From Spirochaetia bacterium (lineage in GTDB: Bacteria > Spirochaetota > Spirochaetia > JABMQR01): DNA of 62,468 nucleotides. The stretch lies in the NCBI GenBank assembly GCA_021736525.1, contig JAIPFR010000002.1, positions 1 through 62,468 of the forward strand. Reading direction: 5' to 3'. A program made the translations under genes and the position numbers. The notes beneath the pieces were generated by a model, which saw only the letters and a program-made list of their open reading frames with translations, made no database searches and was not told the DNA's origin. The first letter of the stretch is position 1. Each line of letters opens with the position of its first letter. Shown one piece after another: positions 1-9,062 of the stretch.

Positions 1-1352
1 ATAACATCCCTGATATTCTGCATTCCGGTTACGTATTGGATTACCCGTTCAAAACCGAGTCCGAACCCGGCATGCGGGACACTGCCGTACCTGCGCAGAT
101 CAAGGTACCACCAGTAATCCTTTTCGTTGAGTCCCATGGTGCGGATCCTGTTCAGGAGAAGATCGTAGCGGTTTTCCCTCTCACTGCCGCCGATAATCTC
201 ACCCAGTCGCGGAACCAGAACATCCATAGCTCGCACCGTTTTTTCATCATCATTCAATTTCATATAGAAAGCTTTAATCTTACGGGGATAGTCGGTCACG
301 ATTACCGGACCTTTGCAGACTTGTTCAGTAAGATATTTCTCATGTTCCGACTGCAGGTCGACTCCCCAGCTCACCGGGTAGTCAAACGTAACAGGGGCCT
401 GCTGCAGCTCTTTGACGGCATCGGTATATGGCATATGAATAAACGGTTTTTCCACAATTGACTGGAGTGATTCAGCTAATCCCTTCTCAATCCATTTGCT
501 GAAAAAGTCCATATCCTCGGGGCATACCCTTAGAACTTCGGAAAAGATTGATTTGAGAAAATCTTCAGCCACGCGCATATCGCCCTCTAAAGTGCAGAAC
601 GCCATTTCTGGTTCAATCATCCAGAATTCTGCCAGGTGACGACTGGTGTTGGAGTTCTCGGCCCTGAATGTCGGACCGAAGGTATAGACATTTTTCAGGG
701 CCAGGGCATATATTTCCGCCTCGAGCTGACCGCTGACCGTCAGGTTAGCCTGCTTTCCGAAGAAATCACTGGTATAATCCACTCCGCCTTCCGCATTTTT
801 GGGGACTGCATCAAGGGGAAGGGTTGTTACCTGAAACATCTCACCGGCTCCCTCACAGTCAGATGCTGAGATTATGGGAGTATGGATATAATAGAAGCCG
901 CGTTCCTGAAAAAAGTTATGTATGGCCATGCTCATAGCGTTACGAACCCTGGCAACAGCACCGAGCGTGTTGGTGCGGGGCCGCAGATGTGCAATTTCCC
1001 GAAGAAATTCGAATGAATGCCGTTTCTTCTGGAGGGGGTAGCTATCTGCTGGAGCCTCTCCAAGCACTTCGAGGGTTTTTGCCTGCAGTTCGATCGACTG
1101 GTTTTTCCCCGGCGATTCTACCAGGATTCCGGTAAAGACTGCGCTTGCCCCGGTTGACACGCGGTCTATCTCCTCCGAAATATCTTCCGTGGTTTTGTCG
1201 AGGACAATCTGAAGGTTTTTTAAAGAAGACCCGTCGTTCAGCTCGAAAAAGCAGAAATTCTTGGAATCACGCTTTGTCCTTACCCATCCTTCGACGGTAA
1301 TGAGAGTATCGGAAGGATCTGCCTGCAGCAGATGAGAGATTCTTTGTGCCAT
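1..1352 (-). CDS. asnS: asparagine--tRNA ligase; C-terminal ~10-15 aa run off the window start
   Basis: Absent from the ORF track because no stop lies in the window. Manual minus-strand translation from ATG (rc of 1350-1352) gives [41 protein letters not shown]...[21 protein letters not shown]...GGSERENR...[22 protein letters not shown]. These are class IIb motifs typical of AsnRS. The frame is open to base 1. Confidence 0.9.
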   Translation of the reverse strand, partial: MAQRISHLLQADPSDTLITVEGWVRTKRDSKNFCFFELNDGSSLKNLQIVLDKTTEDISEEIDRVSTGASAVFTGILVESPGKNQSIELQAKTLEVLGEAPADSYPLQKKRHSFEFLREIAHLRPRTNTLGAVARVRNAMSMAIHNFFQERGFYYIHTPIISASDCEGAGEMFQVTTLPLDAVPKNAEGGVDYTSDFFGKQANLTVSGQLEAEIYALALKNVYTFGPTFRAENSNTSRHLAEFWMIEPEMAFCTLEGDMRVAEDFLKSIFSEVLRVCPEDMDFFSKWIEKGLAESLQSIVEKPFIHMPYTDAVKELQQAPVTFDYPVSWGVDLQSEHEKYLTEQVCKGPVIVTDYPRKIKAFYMKLNDDEKTVRAMDVLVPRLGEIIGGSERENRYDLLLNRIRTMGLNEKDYWWYLDLRRYGSVPHAGFGLGFERVIQYVTGMQNIRDV

Positions 1353-1671
1353 GTCCAGCTCCTTGTTATAGGGCAATGCAAGCCTGCATCGCTGCTCTGT
1401 GTTCAGTATATGTGCCGTTTCCTCGTGACCCGTTTTAGCATTATATAGATAAAAGCTCGAATTTTAAAGATTTCATCCGGAGTACAGCGTTCTAAATACA
1501 AAAAACTTTCAATGAGTCGGCAAAAATGAAGCCTGCGCGTTAAGGCTGCGCCCGAATGTTCCTCAAAGAACATTGCACAATAGCTGAAGCTCCTGTAGAG
1601 TACAAGTATTCGAATTGTCTGAAACTGTTAGTCAACAGCCGGCAAACAACCGCTTTATCAGGGAGGCGTTT

Positions 1672-2037
1672 ATGAGCAGCAAAAACCTTGGCATATGCAG
1701 AATAATCGGGACTAAAAAAGACAATGAAACAAAGAAAATTATACGTTACTGTCGTGAGCGTTCGATTCCTTATCAGTTTGCCGATCTCTTGCAGTATCCC
1801 CTGACCGCTGGAGAACTGCAGAATATCTGCAGCGGGCGTGACCCCCAGGATATGGTTGACATGCAGAGCAAGTTCTACAAAGAGAAAGGGTATGCCTATC
1901 TGGACTACGATCCACTGGAAGAAATGCTGGAAAATCCAGAACTGATCAAAGTGCCGATCGTAAGAAAAGCGGGAAAAGTTTTTATCAGACCTGATAAGGA
2001 AACTCTCGATATGCTGCTTATCAGTGACAGGCAGTAA
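1672..2037 (+). CDS. ArsC/Spx/YffB-family (thioredoxin-like fold) protein without the usual N-terminal Cys pair
   Basis: ORF 1615..2037. Preferred ATG at 1672 follows GGGAGG (1661-1666). IIGTKKDNETKKIIRYCRERSIPY aligns by eye to Spx [24 protein letters not shown]. C-terminal ENPELIKVPIVRKAGKVFIRPDKETL resembles EHPGLLRRPIIIDEKRL. Confidence 0.5.
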   Translation: MSSKNLGICRIIGTKKDNETKKIIRYCRERSIPYQFADLLQYPLTAGELQNICSGRDPQDMVDMQSKFYKEKGYAYLDYDPLEEMLENPELIKVPIVRKAGKVFIRPDKETLDMLLISDRQ

Positions 2038-2051
2038 GGAGCGTCAGACCT

Positions 2052-2819
2052 GTGAGATACTCGGTACTTGGAAGCGGTTCGACGGCAAATGCCTACATGT
2101 TCGAAGATGACACTGCCGCCCTGCTGGTAGATAATGGATTTTCAGTCCGTGAACTGATCAGACGGGCGGAAGAAGCAGGCCACGACTGCACTAAACTGGT
2201 AATGATCCTTCTCACCCATACCCATACCGACCATGTACGGGGAGTAGGGGCAGCGGCAAGAAAGTTTGGAATACCGGTAGCTATGCACAAAAACCAGCCC
2301 GTTAATGCCGTTGTTTTGAACCTGCAGCCCCGGATTTTTCCTGTTGAAACCGGGAACAGCTATCAAGTCGGAACATTCAGCTTTACCCCTTTTGCCATCA
2401 GCCACGACTCCCCCTGGTCTATCAGCTATAGAATATCCAACGGCAGCAGCACTTTTGTCATTATAACCGATACCGGTGTAGTAACCCCTGAAATGCGCCT
2501 TGTCGCGGCAGAGTCCGATGTGCTCTTCCTCGAGGCAAATTATGATAATGATCTGCTGCGAGAAGGACCCTATCCAGGCTTTCTGAAAAGAAGGATAGCA
2601 TCGGTAAAAGGACATCTTTCTAATGAACATGCAGCTGATTTTCTCGAAGACCTTTACCGTGAGAATCTGCGGAAGCCGGAGAAAATCTATCTTTGCCACC
2701 TTTCCGGAACAAATAATACCGCACTGCATGCAGCAGAAGCCTGTCGCCGTCTCGAAAAAATTGGACTAAGCATATCAGTATGCGAAAAAAACGGCATGTA
2801 CACCGGAATTCTCGGATAA
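2052..2819 (+). CDS. MBL-fold metallo-hydrolase (YycJ-like)
   Basis: 255-aa ORF with GTG start. Metallo-beta-lactamase HxHxDH motif LLTHTHTDHVRGVG. N-terminus MRYSVLGSGSTANAY is typical of this family. Confidence 0.8.
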   Translation: MRYSVLGSGSTANAYMFEDDTAALLVDNGFSVRELIRRAEEAGHDCTKLVMILLTHTHTDHVRGVGAAARKFGIPVAMHKNQPVNAVVLNLQPRIFPVETGNSYQVGTFSFTPFAISHDSPWSISYRISNGSSTFVIITDTGVVTPEMRLVAAESDVLFLEANYDNDLLREGPYPGFLKRRIASVKGHLSNEHAADFLEDLYRENLRKPEKIYLCHLSGTNNTALHAAEACRRLEKIGLSISVCEKNGMYTGILG

Positions 2820-2927
2820 ACACTGACCTGGGAAAATTCAGTCGGATGGTCCTTGTTCCGAGCAAATCAGTCTCATCAGTCTTTACAAATCCGCCGGAAA
2901 TTGGATACTGTTTACCTGTCGGGAAAG

Positions 2928-4013
2928 ATGGCACTCATTCGGGAGAATACAATTGTGAAAAATATACAAGACCTGCGAATTAAAGCTTTTGAACAGCTTA
3001 TCAGTCCTCAAGAACTTCTAGAAAGACATCCGGCCAGTGAAATAGTGCTCAAGCAGGTTGAAAAACAGCGGCAGATAATCACCAATATCCTGCAGGGAAC
3101 AGATTCCAGGCTTTTAGCCATTGTCGGCCCCTGTTCCATCCATGACAAACAGGCCGCTTTGGAGTATGCCGAACGTCTCCAGGAGCTGGCCGGGAAAATC
3201 TCCGACCGGATTTTTGTTGTTATGCGGACCTATTTTGAGAAACCTCGGACCGTTCTCGGCTGGCGGGGACTTATACTGGATCCCTATCTGGACGGCTCAT
3301 ACCGCATAGCAGACGGGCTGGAAATGGCCAGAAGCATCCTGATTTCGATAACAGAAACGGGGCTTCCGGTCGGCTGTGAGATGCTGGATCCCATAGTTCC
3401 TCAATATATCGATGATCTCGTGGCATGGGCTGCAATTGGTGCCCGAACAACCGAGAGCCAGACACACAGGAACCTGGCAAGCGGACTCTCAGTTCCCGTC
3501 GGCTTCAAAAACAGCACAAGCGGGAACCTGACTATTGCTGTAGATGCCATAAAATCCGCATCCAATCCGGCAAGCTTCATCGGTATTGATAAATATGGTC
3601 AAAGTTCCGTCGTACGGACAACTGGAAACCCGACCGGCCATCTTATCCTCAGGGGCGGAACCAGCGGACCGAACTATTATGAGGAAGATGTAGAGAAAGC
3701 TGCCAGGCTGATGGAGAAAGCAGGCGTTTCCCCCTCCATAATTATCGACTGCAGCCATGCTAATTCGAATAAGAAATACCGTCGTCAGGCTCGCGTTCTG
3801 CGTTCGGTTATTGACCAGAAAGCGGATGGCTATCAGTACATAAAAGGTTTTATGCTGGAAAGCAGCCTTTTCGAGGGGAACCAGACAATCGGCGCCGACA
3901 TCAGTACTCTGGCCTATGGGGTTTCTATAACAGATGCCTGCATAGGGTGGGAGGAGACTGAAAGAATCATGCTTAAAGCGTATGCAGGTCTTGACGATAA
4001 GGAGGAGTGGTAA
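2928..4013 (+). CDS. aroG: 3-deoxy-7-phosphoheptulonate (DAHP) synthase, class I
   Basis: ORF 2853..4013. Internal ATG at 2928 (MALIRENTIVKNIQDLRIKAFEQLISPQELL) gives the canonical ~360 aa length. Motifs LAIVGPCSIHD, YFEKPRTVLGWRGL and IIDCSHANS. Confidence 0.88.
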   Translation: MALIRENTIVKNIQDLRIKAFEQLISPQELLERHPASEIVLKQVEKQRQIITNILQGTDSRLLAIVGPCSIHDKQAALEYAERLQELAGKISDRIFVVMRTYFEKPRTVLGWRGLILDPYLDGSYRIADGLEMARSILISITETGLPVGCEMLDPIVPQYIDDLVAWAAIGARTTESQTHRNLASGLSVPVGFKNSTSGNLTIAVDAIKSASNPASFIGIDKYGQSSVVRTTGNPTGHLILRGGTSGPNYYEEDVEKAARLMEKAGVSPSIIIDCSHANSNKKYRRQARVLRSVIDQKADGYQYIKGFMLESSLFEGNQTIGADISTLAYGVSITDACIGWEETERIMLKAYAGLDDKEEW

Positions 4014-4014
4014 A

Positions 4015-4566
4015 ATGAGTAAAGCAGCAGTATTTCTGGCGGAAGGATTTGAGGAGATAGAGGCTATTGTTCCAATTGACCTGCTCCGACGGGGCGGAGT
4101 TGAAGTAACAATTGTCGGAATCGGCGGCACCAGCATTACCGGATCACACAGCATACTTGTCGAAGCCGATACTCAGTTAACAATGGTTGAGCATTTTTAC
4201 GATGTTGATGCAGTAATCCTGCCCGGCGGGATGCCGGGCGCACGCAATCTTTCGGAATCCTGGGAACTGAACGAATTGATAATAAGGAAGTTCAACGAAG
4301 GCGCTGTTATCGGGGCAATATGCGCTGCCCCGGCAGTGGTTCTCGGTAAGCTCGGCATTCTCGATGGACGCAAAGCAGTCTGCTATCCCGGAGCCGAATC
4401 GTATGCACCGGACTGTACTTTCGGGGAAGAGCCGGTAATGAGGGATGGAAACCTTATAACAGCACGCGGGCCTGGATTTGCTTCCGGTTTCGGTCTTGAA
4501 CTGCTGACAGCTCTCGCTGGGGAGGAGACCGCCGAAAAAGTGGGTTCAGCTTCCCTGTTTCGCTGA
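4015..4566 (+). CDS. DJ-1/PfpI (ThiJ/YajL-like) family protein
   Basis: ATG at 4015 lies 1 nt after the aroG stop. MSKAAVFLAEGFEEIEAIVPIDLLRRGG..., nucleophile-elbow Cys in GAICAAPAV, and LITARGPG. Confidence 0.85.
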   Translation: MSKAAVFLAEGFEEIEAIVPIDLLRRGGVEVTIVGIGGTSITGSHSILVEADTQLTMVEHFYDVDAVILPGGMPGARNLSESWELNELIIRKFNEGAVIGAICAAPAVVLGKLGILDGRKAVCYPGAESYAPDCTFGEEPVMRDGNLITARGPGFASGFGLELLTALAGEETAEKVGSASLFR

Positions 4567-5709
4567 TTTTTGAGATTGCATACCGGCATAGAATAAGCGG
4601 ACAATATTTTCCGCCCCCTGTTCTATCAACTCGAGAGAGTTCTCGATGGCATACTGCAGGGTCATTTCTCGGTTTGCCGTACTGAAAAGGGCAGTTATCC
4701 CGACCGGGTAGAGAGCCTCGACCTGTTTTCCCAAGGCTCCGGAAAAGCAGACCGCCGGAATATTACGCCGTTTTGCCGCCGCGCCAACCCCGGCAGGAAC
4801 CTTCCCGAAAGCGGTCTGGAAATCCGTTTTCCCTTCGCCTGTAATAACAAGATCAGCCCCTTCGAGGGCCTTTTCAAGACCGGTAGCCTCGATCAGCAGT
4901 TCAATCCCGGATTTCAGCTTTGCACCGAAAAAAGCAACAAGACCCCCTCCTAATCCTCCGGCTGCACCGGCTCCCGGTATGTTGGCAATTTCTATACCCA
5001 GGGAATCACGTATCACGCCGGCAAGGTTCTTGAGTCCCTTATCCAGCTTCTCAACCATTGCGCTGTCTGCACCTTTCTGCGGACCATAGACGTAAGCAGC
5101 CCCATCGGGACCATGGAATGGATTTTTCACATCACAGGCAGTCAGGATTTCGACTTTTGCAATTCTCGGGTCCATGCCGGAAATATCGATTGCTTTTATC
5201 TCCTGCAGAGAACTGCCAGTAATACCAGTTTCTCGGCCTTCGGCGTCAAAAAAACGGGCACCGAAAACCGAAGCCGCACCCAGACCGCCGTCATTAGTGG
5301 CACTGCCCCCGATACCGAGAATAATTTTTGTGCACCCGTTATTGACTGCATGCATCATGAGTTCCCCGGTTCCCCGGGTGGTGGTCAGTGATGGGTCCCG
5401 ACGATTTTCTGGAACCAGAGGAAGCCCTGAAGCTGCCGCCATTTCGATTATTGCTGTCCGGCTCTCTTCGATGAACGCATACTCAGCCTCCACTGGATCC
5501 CCAAGAGGACCGCTGACTGTCAGTTTTACGAGTCTGCCTCCTGCCATGGAGGACGCTGCATCAACTGTTCCCTCTCCTCCGTCCGCCATCGGGATTTTAA
5601 TTACCTCTATGGAGCTGTCAAAGCGATGTATTCCGCGTTCTATTGCTTCGGCAACAGCAAGAGCTGACTGGTTTCCTTTAAATGAATCAGGGGCAGCAAC
5701 AATCTTCAT
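4546..5709 (-). CDS. glxK: glycerate kinase
   Basis: 387 aa. N-terminus MKIVAAPDSFKG and GGSATNDGGLG are typical of the GlxK/GarK family. The 3' end overlaps the convergent DJ-1 gene by 21 nt. Confidence 0.88.
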   Translation of the reverse strand: MKIVAAPDSFKGNQSALAVAEAIERGIHRFDSSIEVIKIPMADGGEGTVDAASSMAGGRLVKLTVSGPLGDPVEAEYAFIEESRTAIIEMAAASGLPLVPENRRDPSLTTTRGTGELMMHAVNNGCTKIILGIGGSATNDGGLGAASVFGARFFDAEGRETGITGSSLQEIKAIDISGMDPRIAKVEILTACDVKNPFHGPDGAAYVYGPQKGADSAMVEKLDKGLKNLAGVIRDSLGIEIANIPGAGAAGGLGGGLVAFFGAKLKSGIELLIEATGLEKALEGADLVITGEGKTDFQTAFGKVPAGVGAAAKRRNIPAVCFSGALGKQVEALYPVGITALFSTANREMTLQYAIENSLELIEQGAENIVRLFYAGMQSQKSAKQGS

Positions 5710-5727
5710 ACATTTCCATCCTTTATA

Positions 5728-6687
5728 CTATGGTAAAACTTTATTTATCGGTTTGCCAGCAATACAAGCAGAAACATTTTCAACAAGCGTTTCCATCAGT
5801 CTTGTCCGGGCAGACCTGGTCGCCCAGGCAATGTGCGGAGTAATGAAGCAGTGAGGGGCGTGCAGCAGGGGATTGTCGGCAGCCGGCGGTTCCTCAGAGA
5901 GAACATCAAGACCCGCTCCAGCTATAACCTGCTCCCGCAAGGCCCTGGCCAGATCCTCCTCATGTATTAATCGACCCCGTGAAGTGTTTATAAGGAATGC
6001 GCTTTTTTTCATCTTCACAAGATTACTGCGATTTATTATTCTTTCTGTTTCCGGCAGAAGCGGGGTATGGAGCGATACGAAGTCTGATTCAGAAAAAATC
6101 TGGTCCATGCTGGCCCACTCAAATGAGGGGCGGTGTGATTGGTCACTGACTGCTGGATCATAGGCCAGGATATGCATACCGAAAGCCTGAGCCAGATCTG
6201 CTGTTTTTTGGCCTATTCGCCCGAATCCGATTATTCCGAGGGTGAGTCCTGCCAGCTCTATTTGCGGAAAATTCCAGTAGCAGTAGCCGGAACTTTCTGT
6301 CCAGTCTCCTGCCTTGACACTGAAACTATGTTCCGTAAGATGATGACAGAAATTAAGCATGTGAGCTATGACCATCTGGGCAACAGACTGGGTGCCGTAG
6401 GAGGGAATATTGCAGACTGTAATTTCTTGTTCTGCAGCCGCCTGCATATCTATGCCGTCATAGCCAGTGGCCATAACTGCAATATACCGAAGTTCAGGAA
6501 GCTTGAATATGGTTTCTGCACTCAGCGGAACACTGTCGGTCAGCAGAATATCAGCTTCTGATGCACGCTGCACAATATCGCAAGGATCAGTGTGGTCGTA
6601 GACCGTAAGATTGCCAAGCTGCTGCAGTCCTTCCCAGGTCAGGTCGCCGGGATTAAGCGTATAACCATCTAATACTACTATGTTCAT
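5728..6687 (-). CDS. D-isomer-specific 2-hydroxyacid dehydrogenase (glycerate dehydrogenase/hydroxypyruvate reductase-like)
   Basis: 319 aa. NAD-binding GIIGFGRIGQ and catalytic-region FITPHIAWAT. Lies 18 nt upstream of glxK on the same strand. Confidence 0.8.
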   Translation of the reverse strand: MNIVVLDGYTLNPGDLTWEGLQQLGNLTVYDHTDPCDIVQRASEADILLTDSVPLSAETIFKLPELRYIAVMATGYDGIDMQAAAEQEITVCNIPSYGTQSVAQMVIAHMLNFCHHLTEHSFSVKAGDWTESSGYCYWNFPQIELAGLTLGIIGFGRIGQKTADLAQAFGMHILAYDPAVSDQSHRPSFEWASMDQIFSESDFVSLHTPLLPETERIINRSNLVKMKKSAFLINTSRGRLIHEEDLARALREQVIAGAGLDVLSEEPPAADNPLLHAPHCFITPHIAWATRSARTRLMETLVENVSACIAGKPINKVLP

Positions 6688-6709
6688 ATTCGGCTCTCCC
6701 TACGGCTTG

Positions 6710-7345
6710 CTACAGGCGTTTGCCTTCTATCAGATACTGTTTTCCGTACCAGACATGTTCCCGGATAATACTTTCTGCATTTTCGGCTGTTTCTGCGGCA
6801 GCCAGATTGCGTACCAGGGCAATATGATCATCCCGGGAACTCTTGAGATTTTCAGGAATATACTGATTCATACCGTAAAACATGCTGAGATGCATGGTAC
6901 GTTCATAGGTCTCAATAAGAGGGCGGCAATTTGCCAGTTCAACCAGGCGGTGATGAAAATTGATTTCTGTTTTCCAGTCCTGGAGGTGATCATCCGGAGC
7001 ATCATTAACCTGGCGGGCAAAATCAAGCAGCGAAGGAAGACTGCTGAGTATGGGCTCCCCATAATACATACGAGCAGCTTTAGCTTCAATCGCATCCCGC
7101 AGAATAAAATTATCTACAACGCTTTCCTTTGTTACCAGCCGTACTTGCGTTCCCTTGCGGGGTAGGGTTTCTAGAAAACCGTCATACTCCAGTCGGGAAA
7201 ACGCCTCAGTAACCGGTGTAACGCTTACCTGGTACTCGGAAGCAAATTCACGCCGGTTAATAAGGGTGCCGGGCTGAAGACTGCCGTCAAGCAGCAGTTC
7301 CAGGATTTTGTCATACAATGTTTCCGCGAGCGAAGGTGATGGCAT
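6710..7345 (-). CDS. GntR-family transcriptional regulator (FCD-type C-terminal domain)
   Basis: ORF 6710..7426. The wHTH region LYDKILELLLDGSLQPGTLINRREFASEYQVSVTPVTEAFSRLEYDG begins just after the internal ATG at 7345. The longer start at 7426 is not excluded. Confidence 0.75.
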   Translation of the reverse strand: MPSPSLAETLYDKILELLLDGSLQPGTLINRREFASEYQVSVTPVTEAFSRLEYDGFLETLPRKGTQVRLVTKESVVDNFILRDAIEAKAARMYYGEPILSSLPSLLDFARQVNDAPDDHLQDWKTEINFHHRLVELANCRPLIETYERTMHLSMFYGMNQYIPENLKSSRDDHIALVRNLAAAETAENAESIIREHVWYGKQYLIEGKRL

Positions 7346-7456
7346 GGTTTCCCTTGACCCCCTTTGAGAAATTTCTTGTGATGCATCACAAGAAATGACA
7401 CTACAATATTTCCTGAATTTCGTCAATAAGCTGTGCTGCCGCAGCCCGGGTCAGCG

Positions 7457-8806
7457 TCAGCGGGCTGCGTTTTGCGGCGGGTAGACTACTAAATCCTTGA
7501 GATAGGGTTTGCGAACCAGTTCTCTTGCCAAGGCCGCCTTTCTGGCCTTGTTTTCATAGTTCGGGTTTTGGAAACTATATTTGAAGATGGTATGAACGTC
7601 GTAGGATCCGTCAAGCAGGGCATGGGTATCTTCGGTCATTACTAATTCTTCGTCAGTAGGAATGACAAAAACCCGTACCGGGGAACCCTTCTCTGATATT
7701 TCCAGTTCCGCATTGCGGCATAGAGCCTTTTCGTTTTTATCTGTATCCAGATAGATTCCCAGATTTTCAAGATTTGACAGCGCCTTAAGCCGAATGTGTG
7801 AAGCCATCTCGCCGACCCCGGCAGTCATAACAACCGCATCCACTTTTCCCAAAGCAGCGGCATATGCCCCGATATACTTTTTCAAACGATAGCATTCCAT
7901 ATCGATAGCCAGCTGACTTCTCTTATCCCCTTCAGCTGCACTCTTTCGTATATCCCGACGGTCAGTCATGCTTCCGGTAATACCAAGAAGTCCGCTCCGC
8001 TTGTTAAGCACGGTATCCATTTCCTTTGCCGTCATATCCGCAGCATCTATCATGAAGGGAATTATGGCGGGATCAATGTCTCCCGAGCGGGTTCCCATAA
8101 TAAGACCCTCCAAAGGAGTAAATCCCATCGAAGTGTCAATGCAGACACCGTTTTTTACGGCGCATATTGATGCACCGTTTCCGATATGCGCAATAATCAG
8201 ATTGGTTTCCATGGGATCCAAACCCAGCAGGGCAGCAGCGCGCTTTGCTGTATAAATATAGCTAGTACCGTGAAACCCATATCGACGTATATTGTAGTCT
8301 TTGTACCACTCCATTGGAACGGCGTACATGAAGGCCTCCTGGGGCATTGTCTGGTGCCAGGCCGTATCCATGATAGCGCAATGCGTGATATCAGGAAGAA
8401 CTTCTTTTGCAGCCTTGATTCCCAGGATATTTGCCGGCATATGCAGCGGTGCTAAATGAACCAGCGAGGCAAAGGTTTCCATGGCAGCTTCGTCAATAAT
8501 TACCGATTTCTTGAATACTTCAGCTCCGTGAACGACGCGATGCCCTATAGCCCTTATCTCGGAAATATCACCAAGAACGCCATGTTTTTTATCAGTTATC
8601 ATGGCGAGAATCAATTGGATAGCCTCTTTATGACCAGGACATGAGAATTCCCTGACAATTTCTTCATTATTGTACTTATGTTCGATGGAAGAAGCATCCT
8701 GCCCAATGCGTTCTATAACGCCTACCGCCAGAACATCACGATTCTTCCAGTCATAGACCTGGTACTTAACAGAAGAGCTGCCGCAATTCAAGGTCATGAT
8801 CACCAT
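7457..8806 (-). CDS. ackA: acetate kinase with ~50-aa C-terminal extension
   Basis: 449 aa. [14 protein letters not shown] and [10 protein letters not shown]. The family-typical end [13 protein letters not shown] is followed by an extra tail, ...[49 protein letters not shown]. Confidence 0.88.
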   Translation of the reverse strand: MVIMTLNCGSSSVKYQVYDWKNRDVLAVGVIERIGQDASSIEHKYNNEEIVREFSCPGHKEAIQLILAMITDKKHGVLGDISEIRAIGHRVVHGAEVFKKSVIIDEAAMETFASLVHLAPLHMPANILGIKAAKEVLPDITHCAIMDTAWHQTMPQEAFMYAVPMEWYKDYNIRRYGFHGTSYIYTAKRAAALLGLDPMETNLIIAHIGNGASICAVKNGVCIDTSMGFTPLEGLIMGTRSGDIDPAIIPFMIDAADMTAKEMDTVLNKRSGLLGITGSMTDRRDIRKSAAEGDKRSQLAIDMECYRLKKYIGAYAAALGKVDAVVMTAGVGEMASHIRLKALSNLENLGIYLDTDKNEKALCRNAELEISEKGSPVRVFVIPTDEELVMTEDTHALLDGSYDVHTIFKYSFQNPNYENKARKAALARELVRKPYLKDLVVYPPQNAAR

Positions 8807-9062
8807 GCTGAATACCTCCGCACAAAATTCAATTATTTGAGGTTAGCTTCTGCTGCCTCACTAAACTATGTTTATCACTATACTACGTTTTCCGGAATCG
8901 GAACAAGCATACTGCAGAATATCAGACAAAAAGTCTTTCCCGACAGACACCGACCACTGGTGATCCGCTTTCCGGAAGTTATTGTTACATTTACAAAAAA
9001 AAAATTCAATAAATTTTCATCAAACCTGAATTTTTAGGTGGTTTTTTTTAGTCTATATTTAT

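Noticed and set aside
3489-4154. Long antisense ORFs opposite real genes. Examples: 3489..4154(-), 5174..5854(+), 15475..16092(-), 16966..17394(-), 18283..18837(-), 45599..46159(-), 48186..48860(-), 40478..41074(-).
   Set aside because: Each lies wholly inside a gene with strong family motifs on the other strand. Their translations are low-complexity or Arg/Ser/Leu-rich shadow sequences with no motifs or SD. I treat them as non-coding.
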